Part shown: positions 1 to 16,200 of the stretch, piece by piece
How positions within the stretch are numbered: the first letter of the stretch is position 1
Layout: each line of letters starts with the position of its first letter
NCBI GenBank assembly: GCA_964016885.1
Contig: CAXHJY010001634.1
Coordinates: 6,001 to 70,000 of the forward strand
Direction: 5' to 3'
Length of the DNA: 64,000 nt
Source of the DNA: Eledone cirrhosa
Lineage: Eukaryota
Program-made: the position numbers and the translations under genes
The notes under the pieces: model-generated
The model's database searches: none
The model's input: the letters and a program-made list of their open reading frames with translations, nothing else
Told to the model about the DNA's origin: nothing

Positions 1-2
1 CA

Positions 3-3000
3 ACAACAGCGGCACCAATGTCTACAACAACAACAACAACAGCGGCACCAATGTCTACAACAACAACAACAACAGCGGCACCAATGTCTACAACAACAAC
101 AACAGCGGCACCAATGTCTACAACAACAACAACAACAGCGGCACCAATGTCTACAACAACAACAACAACACCGGCACCAATGTCTACAACAACAACAACA
201 ACACCGGCACCAATGTCTACAACAACAACAACAACAACAACAGCGGCACCAATGTCTACAACAACAACAACAACAACAGCGGCACCAATGTCTACAACAA
301 CAACAACAACAGCGGCACCAATGTCTACAACAACAACAACAACAACAACAACAGCGGCACCAATGTCTACAACAACAACAACAACAGCGGCACCAATGTC
401 TACAACAACAACAACAACACCGGCACCAATGTCTACAACAACAACAAAAGCGGCACCAATGTCTACAACAACAACAACAACACCGGCACCAATGTCTACA
501 ACAACAACAACAACAGCGGCACCAATGTCTACAACAACAACAACAGCGGCACCAATGTCTACAACAACAACAACAACAGCGGCACCAATGTCTACAACAA
601 CAACAACAACACCGGCACCAATGTCTACAACAACAACAACAACAGTGGCACCAATGTCTACAACAACAACAACAGCGGCACCAATGTCTACAACAACAAC
701 AACAACACCGGCACCAATGTCTACAACAACAACAACAACAGCGGCACCAATGTCTACAACAACAACAACAGCGGCACCAGTGTCTACAACAACAACAACA
801 ACAACAGCGGCACCAATGTCTACAACAACAACAACAACAACAACAGCGGCACCAATGTCTACAACAACAACAACAACACCGGCACCAATGTCTACAACAA
901 CAACAACAGCGGCACCAATGTCTACAACAACAACAACAACAGCGGCACCAATGTCTACAACAACAACAACAACAACAACAGCGGCACCAATGTCTACAAC
1001 AACAACAACAACACCGGCACCAATGTCTACAACAACAACAACAGCGGCACCAATGTCTACAACAACTACAACAACAGCAGCACCAAGGTCTACAACAACA
1101 ACAACAACTCCGGCACCAATGTCTACAACAACAACAGCGGCACCAATGTCTACAACAACAACAACAGCGGCACCAATGTCTACAACAACAACAACAGCGG
1201 CACCAATGTCTACAACAACAACAACACCGGCACCAATGTCTACAACAACAACAACAACACCGGTACCAATGTCTACAACAACAACAACAGCGGCACCAAT
1301 GTCTACAACAACAACAACACCGGCACCAATGTCTACAACAACAACAGTGGCACCAATGTCTACAACAACAACAACACCGGCACCAATGTCTACAACAACA
1401 ACAACACCGGCACCAATGTCTACAACAACAACAACAACAGCAGCACCAATGTCTACAACAACAACAACAACTCCGGCACCAATGTCTACAACAACAACAG
1501 CGGCACCAATGTCTACAACAACAACAACAGCGGCACCAATGTCTACAACAACAACAACAGCGGCACCAATGTCTACAACAACAACAACAGCGGCACCAAT
1601 GTCTACAACAACAACAACAGCGGCACCAATGTCTACAACAACAACAACAACACCGGCACCAATGTCTACAACAACAACAACAGCGGCACCAATGTCTACA
1701 ACAACAACAACAACACCGGCACCAATGTCTACAACAACAACAACAGCGGCACCAATGTCTACAACAACAGCAACAACAGCGGCACCAATGTCTACAACAA
1801 CAACAGCGGCACCAATGTCTACAACAACAACAACAACACCGGCACCAATGTCTACAACAACAACAACAGCGGCACCAATGTCTACAACAACAACAACAGC
1901 GGCACCAATGTCTACAACAACAACAACAGCGGCACCAATGTCTACAACAACAGCAACAACAGCGGCACCAATGTCTACAACAACAACAGCGGCACCAATG
2001 TCTACAACAACAACAATAACAGCGGCACCAATGTCTACAACAACAACAACAGCGGCACCAATGTCTACAACAACAGCAACAACAGCGGCACCAGTGTCTA
2101 CAACAACAACAGCGGCACCAATGTCTACAACAACATCAACACCGGCACCAATGTCTACAACAACAACAACAGCGGCACCAATGTCTACAACAACAACAAC
2201 AGCGGCACCAATGTCTACAACAACAACAACAGCGGCACCAATGTCTACAACAACAACAACAACAGCGGCACCAATGTCTACAACAACAACAACAACACCG
2301 GCACCAATTTCTACAACAACAACAACAGCGGCACCAATGTCTACAACAACAACAACAGCGGCACCAATGTCTACAACAACAACAACACCGGCACCAATGG
2401 CAACAACAACAACAACAGCGGCACCAATGTCTACAACAACAACAACAGCGGCACCAATGTCTACAACAACAACAACAACAGCGGCACCAATGTCTACAAC
2501 AACAACAACAACAACGGCACCAATGTATACAACAACAACAACAGCGGCACCAATGTCTACAACAACAACAACAACACCGGCACCAATGTCTACAACAACA
2601 ACAACAGCGGCACCAATGTCTACAACAACAGCAACAACAGCGGCACCAGTGTCTACAACAACAACAGCGGCACCAATGTCTACAACAACAACAACACCGG
2701 CACCAATGTCTACAACAACAACAACAACAGCGGCACCAATGTCTACAACAACAACAACAGCGGCACCAATGTCTACAACAACAACAACAGCGGCACCAAT
2801 GTCTACAACAACAACAACAGCGGCACCAATGTCTACAACAACAACAACAGCGGCACCAATGTCTACAACAACAACAACACCGGCACCAATGTCTACAACA
2901 ACAACAACAACAGCGGCACCAATGTCTACAACAACAACAACAGCGGCACCAATGTCTACAACAACAACAACATCGGCACCAATGTCTACAACAACAACAA

Positions 3001-6000
3001 CAGCGGCACCAATGTCTACAACAACAACAACAGCGGCACCAATGTCTACAACAACAACAACAGCGGCACCAATGTCTACAACAACAACACCGGCACCAAT
3101 GTCTACAACAACAACAACAGCGGCACTAATGTCTACAACAACAACAACAACAGCGGCACCAATGTCTACAACAACAACACGGGCACCAATGTCTACAACA
3201 ACAACAAAACCGGTACCAATGTCTACAACAACAACAACAGCGGCACCAATGTCTACAACAACAACAACACCGGCACCAATGTCTACAACAACAACAACAG
3301 CGGCACCAATGTCTACAACAACAACAACAGCGGCACCAATGTCTACAACAACAACAACACAGGCACCAATGTCTACAACAACAACAACACAGGCACCAAT
3401 GTCTACAACAACAACAACAACAGCGGCACCAATGTCTACAACAACAACAACAGCGGCACCAATGTCTACAACAACAACAACAACAGCGGCACCAATGTCT
3501 ACAACAACAACAACACCGGCACCAATGTCTACAACAACAACAACAGCGGCACCAATGTCTACAACAACAACAACAACACCGGCACCAATGTCTACAACAA
3601 CAACAACAACAGCGGCACCAATGTCTACAACAACAACAACAACAGAGGCACCAATGTCTACAACAACAACAACAGCGGCACCAATGTCTACAACAACAAC
3701 AACAACAGCGGCACCAATGTCTACAACAACAACAACAGCGGCACCAATGTCTACAACAACAACAACAACAGCGGCACCAATGTCTACAACAACAACAACA
3801 GCGGCACCAACGTCTACAACAACAACAACAGCGGCACCAATGTCTACAACAACAACAACAGCGGCACCAATGTCTACAACAACAACAACACCGGCACCAA
3901 TGTCTACAACAACAGCAACAACAGCGGCACCAATGTCTACAACAACAACAACAACAGCGGCACCAACGTCTACAACAACAACAACAGCGGCACCAATGTC
4001 TACAACAACAACAACACAGGCACCAATGTCTACAACAACAACAACAACAGCGGCACCAATGTCTACAACAACAACAACAGTGGCACCAATGTCTACAACA
4101 ACAACAACAGCGGCACCAATGTCTACAACAACAACAACAGCGGCACCAATGTCTACAACAACAACAACACAGGCACCAATGTCTACAACAACAACAACAC
4201 CGGCACCAATGTCTACAACAACAACATCAGCGGCACCAATGTCTACAACAACAACAACACCGGCACCAATGTCTACAACAACAACATCAGCGGCACCAAT
4301 GTCTACAACAACAACAACACCGGCACCAATATCTACAACAACAACAACAGCGGCACCAATGTCTACAACAACAACAACAGCGGCACCAATGTCTACAACA
4401 ACAACACCGGCACCAATGTCTACAACAACAACAACAGCGGCACCAATGTCTACAACAACAACATCAGCGGCACCAATGTCTACAACAACAACATCAGCGG
4501 CACCAATGTCTACAACAACAACAACAGCGGCACCAATATCTACAACAACAACAACACCGGCACCAATGTCTACAACAACAACAACACCGGCACCAATGTC
4601 TACAACAACAACATCAGCGGCACCAATGTCTACAACAACAACAACACCGGCACCAATGTCTACAACAACAACAACAGCGGCACCAATGTCTACAACAACA
4701 ACAACACCGGCACCAATGTCTACAACAACAACATCAGCGGCACCAATGTCTACAACAACAACAACAGCGGCACCAATGTCTACAACAACAACAACACCGG
4801 CACCAATATCTACAACAACAACAACAGCGGCACCAATGTCTACAACAACAACAACAGCGGCACCAATGTCTACAACAACAACAACAGCGGCACCAATGTC
4901 TACAACAACAACAACACCGGCACCAATGTCTACAACAACAACATCAGCGGCACCAATGTCTACAACAACAACAACAGCGGCACCAATGTCTACAACAACA
5001 ACAACACCGGCACCAATATCTACAACAACAACAACAGTGGCACCAATGTCTACAACAACAACAACAGCGGCACCAATGTCTACAACAACAACACCGGCAC
5101 CAATGTCTACAACAACAACAACAGTGGCACCAATGTCTACAACAACAACAACAGCGGCACCAATGTCTACAACAACAACAACAGCGGCACGAATGTCTAC
5201 AACAACAACAACAACTCCGGCACCAATATCTACAACAACAACAACAGCGGCACCAATGTCTACAACAACAACAACAGCGGCACCAATGTCTACAACAACA
5301 ACAACAACAACAACTCCGGCACCAATATCTACAACAACAACAACAACAGCGGCACCAATGTCTACAACAACAACAACAGCGGCACCAATGTCTACAACAA
5401 CAACAACAGCGGCACCAATGTCTACAACAACAACAACAGCGGCACCAATGTCTACAACAACAACAACAACAGCGGCACCAATGTCTACAACAACAACAAC
5501 AACAACAACAGCGGCACCAATGTCTGCAACAACAACAACAACAGCGGCACCAATGTCTACAACAACAACAACAACAGCGGCACCAATGTCTACAACAACA
5601 ACAACAACACCGGCACCAATGTCTACAACAACAACAACAACAGCGGCACCAATGTCTACAACAACAACAACAACAGCGGCACCAATGTCTACAACAACAA
5701 CAACAACAACAACAGCGGCACCAATGTCTACAACAACAACAACAACAGCGGCACCAATGTCTACAACAACAACAATAACAGCGGCACCAATGTCTACAAC
5801 AACAACAACAGCGGCACCAATGTCTACAACAACAACAACAACACCGGCACCAATGTCTACAACAACAATAACAACAGCGGCACCAATGTCTACAACAACA
5901 ACAACAACACCGGCACCAATGTCTACAACAACAACAACAGCGGCACCAATGTCTACAACAACAACAACAACAGCGGCACCAATGTCTACAACAACAACAA

Positions 6001-9000
6001 CAACAGCGGCACCAATGTCTACAACAACAACAACAACAGCGGCACCAATGTCTACAACAACAACAACAACAGCGGCACCAATGTCTACAACAACAACAAC
6101 ACCGGCACCAATGTCTACAACAACAACAACAGCGGCACCAATGTCTACAACAACAACAACAGCGGCACCAATGTCTACAACAACAACAACAACAACAACA
6201 GCGGCACCAATGTCTACAACAACAACAACAACAACAACAGCGGCACCAATGTCTACAACAACAACAATAACAGCGGCACCAATGTCTACAACAACAACAA
6301 CAGCGGCACCAATGTCTACAACAACAACAACACCGGCACCAATGTCTACAACAACAATAACAACAGCGGCACCAATGTCTACAACAACAACAACAACACC
6401 GGCACCAATGTCTACAACAACAACAACAGCGGCACCAATGTCTACAACAACAACAACAGCGGCACCAATGTCTACAACAACAACAACAACAGCGGCACCA
6501 ATGCCTACAACAACAACAACAGCGGCACCAATGTCTACAACAACAACAACAACAGCGGCACCAATGTCTACAACAACAACAACAACAGCGGCACCAATGT
6601 CTACAACAACAACAACAACAGCGGCACCAATGTCTACAACAACAACAACAACAGCGGCACCAATGTCTACAACAACAACAACAACAGCGGCACCAATGTC
6701 TACAACAACAACAACAACACCGGCACCAATGTCTACAACAACAACAAAAGCGGCACCAATGTCTACAACAACAACAACAACACCGGCACCAATGTCTACA
6801 ACAACAACAACAACAGCGGCACCAATGTCTACAACAACAACAACAGCGGCACCAATGTCTACAACAACAACAACAACAGCGGCACCAATGTCTACAACAA
6901 CAACAACAACAACAACAGCGGCACCAATGTCTACAACAACAACAACAACACCGGCACCAATGTCTACAACAACAACAACAACAGTGGCACCAATGTCTAC
7001 AACAACAACAACAGCGGCACCAATGTCTACAACAACAACAACAACACCGGCACCAATGTCTACAACAACAACAACAACAGCGGCACCAATGTCTACAACA
7101 ACAACAACAGCGGCACCAATGTCTACAACAACAACAACAACAGCGGCACCAATGTCTACAACAACAACAACAACAACAACAGCGGCACCAATGTCTACAA
7201 CAACAACAACAACACCGGCACCAATGTCTACAACAACAACAACAGCGGCACCAATGTCTACAACAACAACAACAACAGCGGCACCAATGTCTACAACAAC
7301 AACAACAACAACAACAGCGGCACCAATGTCTACAACAACAACAACAACACCGGCACCAATGTCTACAACAACAACAACAGCGGCACCAATGTCTACAACA
7401 ACAACAACAACACCGGCACCAATGTCTACAACAACAACAACAGCGGCACCAATGTCTACAACAACAACAACAACAGCGGCACCAATGTCTACAACAACAA
7501 CAACAACAACAACAGCGGCACCAATGTCTACAACAACAACAACAACACCGGCACCAATGTCTACAACAACAACAACAGCGGCACCAATGTCTACAACAAC
7601 TACAACAACAGCGGCACCAATGTCTACAACAACAACAACAACAGCGGCACCAATGTCTACAACAACAACAACAACTCCGGCACCAATGTCTACAACAACA
7701 ACAGCGGCACCAATGTCTACAACAACAACAACAGCGGCACCAATGTCTACAACAACAACAACAGCGGCACCAATGTCTACAACAACAACAACACCGGCAC
7801 CAATGTCTACAACAACAACAACAACACCGGCACCAATGTCTACAACAACAACAACAGCGGCACCAATGTCTACAACAACAACAACACCGGCACCAATGTC
7901 TACAACAACAACAGTGGCACCAATGTCTACAACAACAACAACACCGGCACCAATGTCTACAACAACAACAACACCGGCACCAATGTCTACAACAACAACA
8001 ACAACAGCAGCACCAATGTCTACAACAACAACAACAGCAGCACCAATGTCTACAACAACAACAACAGCGGCACCAATGTCTACAACAACAACAACAGCGG
8101 CACCAATGTCTACAACAACAACAACAGCGGCACCAATGTCTACAACAACAACAGCGGCACCAATGTCTACAACAACAACAACAGCGGCACCAATGTCTAC
8201 AACAACAACAACAGCGGCACCAATGTCTACAACAACAACAACAGCGGCACCAATGTCTACAACAACAACAACAGCGGCACCAATGTCTACAACAACAACA
8301 ACAACACCGGCACCAATGTCTACAACAACAACAACAGCGGCACCAATGTCTACAACAACAACAACACCGGCACCAATGTCTACAACAACAACAACAGCGG
8401 CACCAATGTCTACAACAACAACAATAACAGCGACACCAATGTCTACAACAACAACAACAGCGGCACCAATGTCTACAACAACAACAACAACACCGGCACC
8501 AATATCTACAACAACAACAACAGCGGCACCAATGTCTACAACAACAACAACAGCGGCACCAATGTCTACAACAGCAACAACAGCGGCACCAATGTCTACA
8601 ACAACAACAACAGCGGCACCAATGTCTACAACAACAACAACAGCGGCACCAATGTCTACAACAACAACAACAACACCGGCACCAATGTCTACAACAACAA
8701 CAACAGCGGCACCAATGTCTACAACAACAGCAACAACAGCGGCACCAATGTCTACAACAACAACAGCGGCACCAATGTCTACAACAACAACAACAACAAC
8801 ACCGGCACCAATGTCTACAACAACAACAACAGCGGCACCAATGTCTACAACAACAACAACAGCGGCACCAATGTCTACAACAACAACAACAGCGGCACTA
8901 ATGTCTACAACAACAGCAACAACAGCGGCACCAATGCCTACAACAACAACAGCGGCACCAATGTCTACAACAACAACAATAACAGCGGCACCAATGTCTA

Positions 9001-12000
9001 CAACAACAACAACAGCGGCACCAATGTCTACAACAACAGCAACAACAGCGGCACCAGTGTCTACAACAACAACAGCGGCACCAATGTCTACAACAACATC
9101 AACACCGGCACCAATGTCTACAACAACAACAACAGCGGCACCAATGTCTACAACAACAACAACAGCGGCACCAATTTCTACAACAACAACAACAGCGGCA
9201 CCAATGTCTACAACAACAACAACAGCGGCACCAATGTCTACAACAACAACAACACCGGCACCAATGTCTACAACAACAACAACAGCGGCACCAATGTCTA
9301 CAACAACAACAACAGCGGCACCAATGTCTACAACAACAACAACAACAGCGGCACCAATGTCTACAACAACAACAACAACAACGGCACCAATGTCTACAAC
9401 AACAACAGCGGCACCAATGTCTACAACAACAACAACAGCGGCACCAATGTCTACAACAACAGCAACAACAGCGGCACCAGTGTCTACAACAACAACAGCG
9501 GCACCAATGTCTACAACAACAACAACACCGGCACCAATGTCTACAACAACAACAACAACAGCGGCACCAATGTCTACAACAACAACAACAGCGGCACCAA
9601 TGTCTACAACAACAACAACAGCGGCACCAATGTCTACAACAACAACAACAGCGGCACCAATGTCTACAACAACAACAACAGCGGCACCAATGTCTACAAC
9701 AACAACAACACCGGCACCAATGTCTACAACAACAACAACAACAGCGGCACCAATGTCTACAACAACAACAACAGCGGCACCAATGTCTACAACAACAACA
9801 ACACCGGCACCAATGTCTACAACAACAACAACAGCGGCACCAATGTCTACAACAACAACAACAGCGGCACCAATGTCTACAACAACAACAACAGCGGCAC
9901 CAATGTCTACAACAACAACACCGGCACCAATGTCTACAACAACAACAGCGGCACTAATGTCTACAACAACAACAACAACAGCGGCACCAATGTCTACAAC
10001 AACAACACGGGCACCAATGTCTACAACAACAACAACAGCGGCACCAATGTCTACAACAACAACAAAACCGGCACCAATGTCTACAACAACAACAACAGCG
10101 GCACCAATGTCTACAACAACAACAACACCGGCACCAATGTCTACAACAACAACAACAGCGGCACCAATGTCTACAACAACAACAACAGCGGCACCAATGT
10201 CTACAACAACAACAACACAGACACCAATGTCTACAACAACAACAACACAGGCACCAATGTCTACAACAACAACAACAACAGCGTCACCAATGTCTACAAC
10301 AACAACAACAGCGGCACCAATGTCTACAACAACAACAACAACAACAGCGGCACCAATGTCTACAACAACAACAACACCGGCACCAATGTCTACAACAACA
10401 ACAACAGCGGCACCAATGTCTACAACAACAACAACAACAACAACAGCGGCACCAATGTCTACAACAACAACAATAACAGCGGCACCAATGTCTACAACAA
10501 CAACAACAGCGGCACCAATGTCTACAACAACAACAACAACAACAGCGGCACCAATGTCTACAACAACAACAACAGCGGCACCAATGTCTACAACAACAAC
10601 AACAGCGGCACCAATGTCTACAACAACAACAACAACAGCGGCACCAATGTCTACAACAACAACAACAGCGGCACCAACGTCTACAACAACAACAACAGCG
10701 GCACCAATGTCTACAACAACAACAACAGCGGCACCAATGTCTACAACAACAACAACACCGGCACCAATGTCTACAACAACAGCAACAACAGCGGCACCAA
10801 TGTCTACAACAACAACAACAACAGCGGCACCAACGTCTACAACAACAACAACAGCGGCACCAATGTCTACAACAACAACAACAACACCGGCACCAATTTC
10901 TACAACAACAACAACAGCGGCACCAATGTCTACAACGACAACAACAGCGGCACCAATGTCTACAACAACAACAACACCGGCACCAATGTCTACAACAACA
11001 ACAACAGCGGCACCAATGTCTACAACAACAACAACAGCGGCACCAATGTCTACAACAACAACAACAACAGCGGCACCAATGTCTACAACAACAACAACAA
11101 CAACGGCACCAATGTCTACAACAACAACAGCGGCACCAATGTCTACAACAACAACAACAGCGGCACCAATGTCTACAACAACAGCAACAACAGCGGCACC
11201 AGTGTCTACAACAACAACAGCGGCACCAATGTCTACAACAACAACAACACCGGCACCAATGTCTACAACAACAACAACAACAGCGGCACCAATGTCTACA
11301 ACAACAACAACAGCGGCACCAATGTCTACAACAACAACAACAGCGGCACCAATGTCTACAACAACAACAACAGCGGCACCAATGTCTACAACAACAACAA
11401 CAGCGGCACCAATGTCTACAACAACAACAACACCGGCACCAATGTCTACAACAACAACAACAACAGCGGCACCAATGTCTACAACAACAACAACAGCGGC
11501 ACCAATGTCTACAACAACAACAACACCGGCACCAATGTCTACAACAACAACAACAGCGGCACCAATGTCTACAACAACAACAACAGCGGCACCAATGTCT
11601 ACAACAACAACAACAGCGGCACCAATGTCTACAACAACAACACCGGCACCAATGTCTACAACAACAACAACAGCGGCACTAATGTCTACAACAACAACAA
11701 CAACAGCGGCACCAATGTCTACAACAACAACACGGGCACCAATGTCTACAACAACAACAACAGCGGCACCAATGTCTACAACAACAACAAAACCGGCACC
11801 AATGTCTACAACAACAACAACAGCGGCACCAATGTCTACAACAACAACAACACCGGCACCAATGTCTACAACAACAACAACAGCGGCACCAATGTCTACA
11901 ACAACAACAACAGCGGCACCAATGTCTACAACAACAACAACACAGGCACCAATGTCTACAACAACAACAACACAGGCACCAATGTCTACAACAACAACAA

Positions 12001-13244
12001 CAACAGCGGCACCAATGTCTACAACAACAACAACAACAGCGGCACCAATGTCTACAACAACAACAACACCGGCACCAATGTCTACAACAACAACAACAGC
12101 GGCACCAATGTCTACAACAACAACAACAACACCGGCACCAATGTCTACAACAACAACAACAACAGCGGCACCAATGTCTACAACAACAACAACAACAGCG
12201 GCACCAATGTCTACAACAACAACAACAGCGGCACCAATGTCTACAACAACAACAACAATAGCGGCACCAATGTCTACAACAACAACAACAGCGGCACCAA
12301 TGTCTACAACAACAACAACAACAGCGGCACCAATGTCTACAACAACAACAACAGCGGCACCAACGTCTACAACAACAACAACAGCGGCACCAATGTCTAC
12401 AACAACAACAACAGCTGCACCAATGTCTACAACAACAACAACACCGGCACCAATGTCTACAACAACAGCAACAACAGCGGCACCAATGTCTACAACAACA
12501 ACAACAGCGGCACCAATGTCTACAACAACAACAACAGCGGCACCAATGTCTACAACAACAACAACACAGGCACCAATGTCTACAACAACAACAACACCGG
12601 CACCAATGTCTACAACAACAACATCAGCGGCACCAATGTCTACAACAACAACAACACCGGCACCAATGTCTACAACAACAACATCAGCGGCACCAATGTC
12701 TACAACAACAACAACACCGGCACCAATATCTACAACAACAACAACAGCGGCACCAATGTCTACAACAACAACAACAGCGGCACCAATGTCTACAACAACA
12801 ACACCGGCACCAATGTCTACAACAACAACAACAGCGGCACCAATGTCTACAACAACAACATCAGCGGCACCAATGTCTACAACAACAACATCAGCGGCAC
12901 CAATGTCTACAACAACAACAACAGCGGCACCAATGTCTACAACAACAACAACACCGGCACCAATGTCTACAACAACAACATCAGCGGCACCAATGTCTAC
13001 AACAACAACAACAGCGGCACCAATGTCTACAACAACAACAACACCGGCACCAATGTCTACAACAACAACAACAGCGGCACCAATGTCTACAACAACAACA
13101 ACAACAACAACACCGGCACCAATGTCTACAACAACAACAACAACAACAACACCGGCACCAATGTCTACAACAACAACAACAGCGGCACCAATGTCTACAA
13201 CAACAACAACAACAACAACACCGGCACCAATGTCTACAACAACA
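3..13244 (+). CDS. 5'-truncated Thr-register segment (4,414 codons) of the same putative mucin, not listed in the ORF track
   Basis: Frame +3 from position 3 reads ACA ACA GCG GCA CCA ATG(18) TCT. The same repeat peptide continues and no stop was seen. Confidence 0.6.
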
Positions 13245-16200
13245 AACAACACCGGCACCAATGTCTACAACAACAACAACAGCGGCACCAATGTCTACAA
13301 CAACAACAACAACAGCGGCACCAATGTCTACAACAACAACAACAACAGCGGCACCAATGTCTACAACAACAACAACAACAGCGGCACCAATGTCTACAAC
13401 AACAACAACAACACTGGCACCAATGTCTACAACAACAGCAACAACAGCGGCACCAATGTCTACAACAACAACAACAACACCGGCACCAATGTCTACAACA
13501 ACAACAACAACACCGGCACCAATGTCTACAACAACAGCAACAACAGCGGCACCAATGTCTACAACAACAACAACAACACCGGCACCAATGTCTACAACAA
13601 CAGCAACAACAGCGGCACCAATGTCTACAACAACAACAACAACACCGGCACCAATGTCTACAACAACAACAACAACAGCGGCACCAATGTCTACAACAAC
13701 AACAACAACACCGGCACCAATGTCTACAACAACAACAACAACACCGGCACCAATGTCTACAACAACAACAACAACAGCGGCACCAATGTCTACAACAACA
13801 ACAACAACACCGGCACCAATGTCTACAACAACAACAACAACACCGGCACCAATGTCTACAACAACAACAACAACACCGGCACCAATGTCTACAACAACAA
13901 CAACAACACCGGCACCAATGTCTACAACAACAACAACAACACCGGCACCAATGTCTACAACAACAACAACAACACCGGCACCAATGTCTACAACAACAAC
14001 AACAACAGCGGCACCAATGTCTACAACAACAACAACAACAGCGGCACCAATGTCTACAACAACAACAACAACAGCGGCACCAATGTCTACAACAACAACA
14101 ACAACAGCGGCACCAATGTCTACAACAACAACAACAACAGCGGCACCAATGTCTACAACAACAACAACAACAGCGGCACCAATGTCTACAACAACAACAA
14201 CAACAGTGGCACCAATGTCTACAACAACAACAACAGCGGCACCAATGTCTACAACAACAACAACAGCGGCACCAATGTCTACAACAACAACAACAGCGGC
14301 ACCAATGTCTACAACAACAACAACAGCGGCACCAATGTCTACAACAACAACAACAACAACAACAGCGGCACCAATGTCTACAACAACAACAACAACAACA
14401 ACAGCGGCACCAATGTCTACAACAACAACAATAACAGCGGCACCAATGTCTACAACAACAACAACAGCGGCACCAATGTCTACAACAACAACAACAACAC
14501 CGGCACCAATGTCTACAACAACAATAACAACAGCGGCACCAATGTCTACAACAACAACAACAACACCGGCACCAATGTCTACAACAACAACAACAGCGGC
14601 ACCAATGTCTACAACAACAACAACAGCGGCACCAATGTCTACAACAACAACAACAACAGCGGCACCAATGCCTACAACAACAACAACAGCGGCACCAATG
14701 TCTACAACAACAACAACAACAGCGGCACCAATGTCTACAACAACAACAACAACAGCGGCACCAATGTCTACAACAACAACAACAACAGCGGCACCAATGT
14801 CTACAACAACAACAACAACAGCGGCACCAATGTCTACAACAACAACAACAACAGCGGCACCAATGTCTACAACAACAACAACAACACCGGCACCAATGTC
14901 TACAACAACAACAACAACACCGGCACCAATGTCTACAACAACAACAACAGCGGCACCAATGTCTACAACAACAACAACAACAGCGGCACCAATGTCTACA
15001 ACAACAACAACAACAACAGCGGCACCAATGTCTACAACAACAACAACAACAGCGGCACCAATGTCTACAACAACAACAACAACACCGGCACCAATGTCTA
15101 CAACAACAACAAAAGCGGCACCAATGTCTACAACAACAACAACAACACCGGCACCAATGTCTACAACAACAACAACAACAGCGGCACCAATGTCTACAAC
15201 AACAACAACAGCGGCACCAATGTCTACAACAACAACAACAACAGCGGCACCAATGTCTACAACAACAACAACAACAACAACAGCGGCACCAATGTCTACA
15301 ACAACAACAACAACACCGGCACCAATGTCTACAACAACAACAACAACAGTGGCACCAATGTCTACAACAACAACAACAGCGGCACCAATGTCTACAACAA
15401 CAACAACAACACCGGCACCAATGTCTACAACAACAACAACAACAGCGGCACCAATGTCTACAACAACAACAACAGCGGCACCAATGTCTACAACAACAAC
15501 AACAACAGCGGCACCAATGTCTACAACAACAACAACAACAACAACAACAGCGGCACCAATGTCTACAACAACAACAACAACACCGGCACCAATGTCTACA
15601 ACAACAACAACAGCGGCACCAATGTCTACAACAACAACAACAACAGCGGCACCAATGTCTACAACAACAACAACAACAACAACAGCGGCACCAATGTCTA
15701 CAACAACAACAACAACACCGGCACCAATGTCTACAACAACAACAACAGCGGCACCAATGTCTACAACAACAACAACAACACCGGCACCAATGTCTACAAC
15801 AACAACAACAGCGGCACCAATGTCTACAACAACAACAACAACAGCGGCACCAATGTCTACAACAACAACAACAACAACAACAGCGGCACCAATGTCTACA
15901 ACAACAACAACAACACCGGCACCAATGTCTACAACAACAACAACAGCGGCACCAATGTCTACAACAACTACAACAACAGCGGCACCAATGTCTACAACAA
16001 CAACAACAACAGCGGCACCAATGTCTACAACAACAACAACAACTCCGGCACCAATGTCTACAACAACAACAGCGGCACCAATGTCTACAACAACAACAAC
16101 AGCGGCACCAATGTCTACAACAACAACAACAGCGGCACCAATGTCTACAACAACAACAACACCGGCACCAATGTCTACAACAACAACAACAACACCGGCA

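Noticed and set aside
6-14. ACA-GCG-GCA / ACA-CCG-GCA (Thr-Ala-Ala / Thr-Pro-Ala), resembling the fish antifreeze glycoprotein tripeptide
   Set aside because: AFGPs need contiguous (Thr-Ala/Pro-Ala)n. Here the tripeptide occurs once per 10-11 residues between PMS and poly-Thr, so it is probably coincidence.
13261-13263. ATG as the true gene start
   Set aside because: It is identical to about 2,000 other repeat ATGs, with no promoter, UTR or signal peptide. The same repeat lies upstream.
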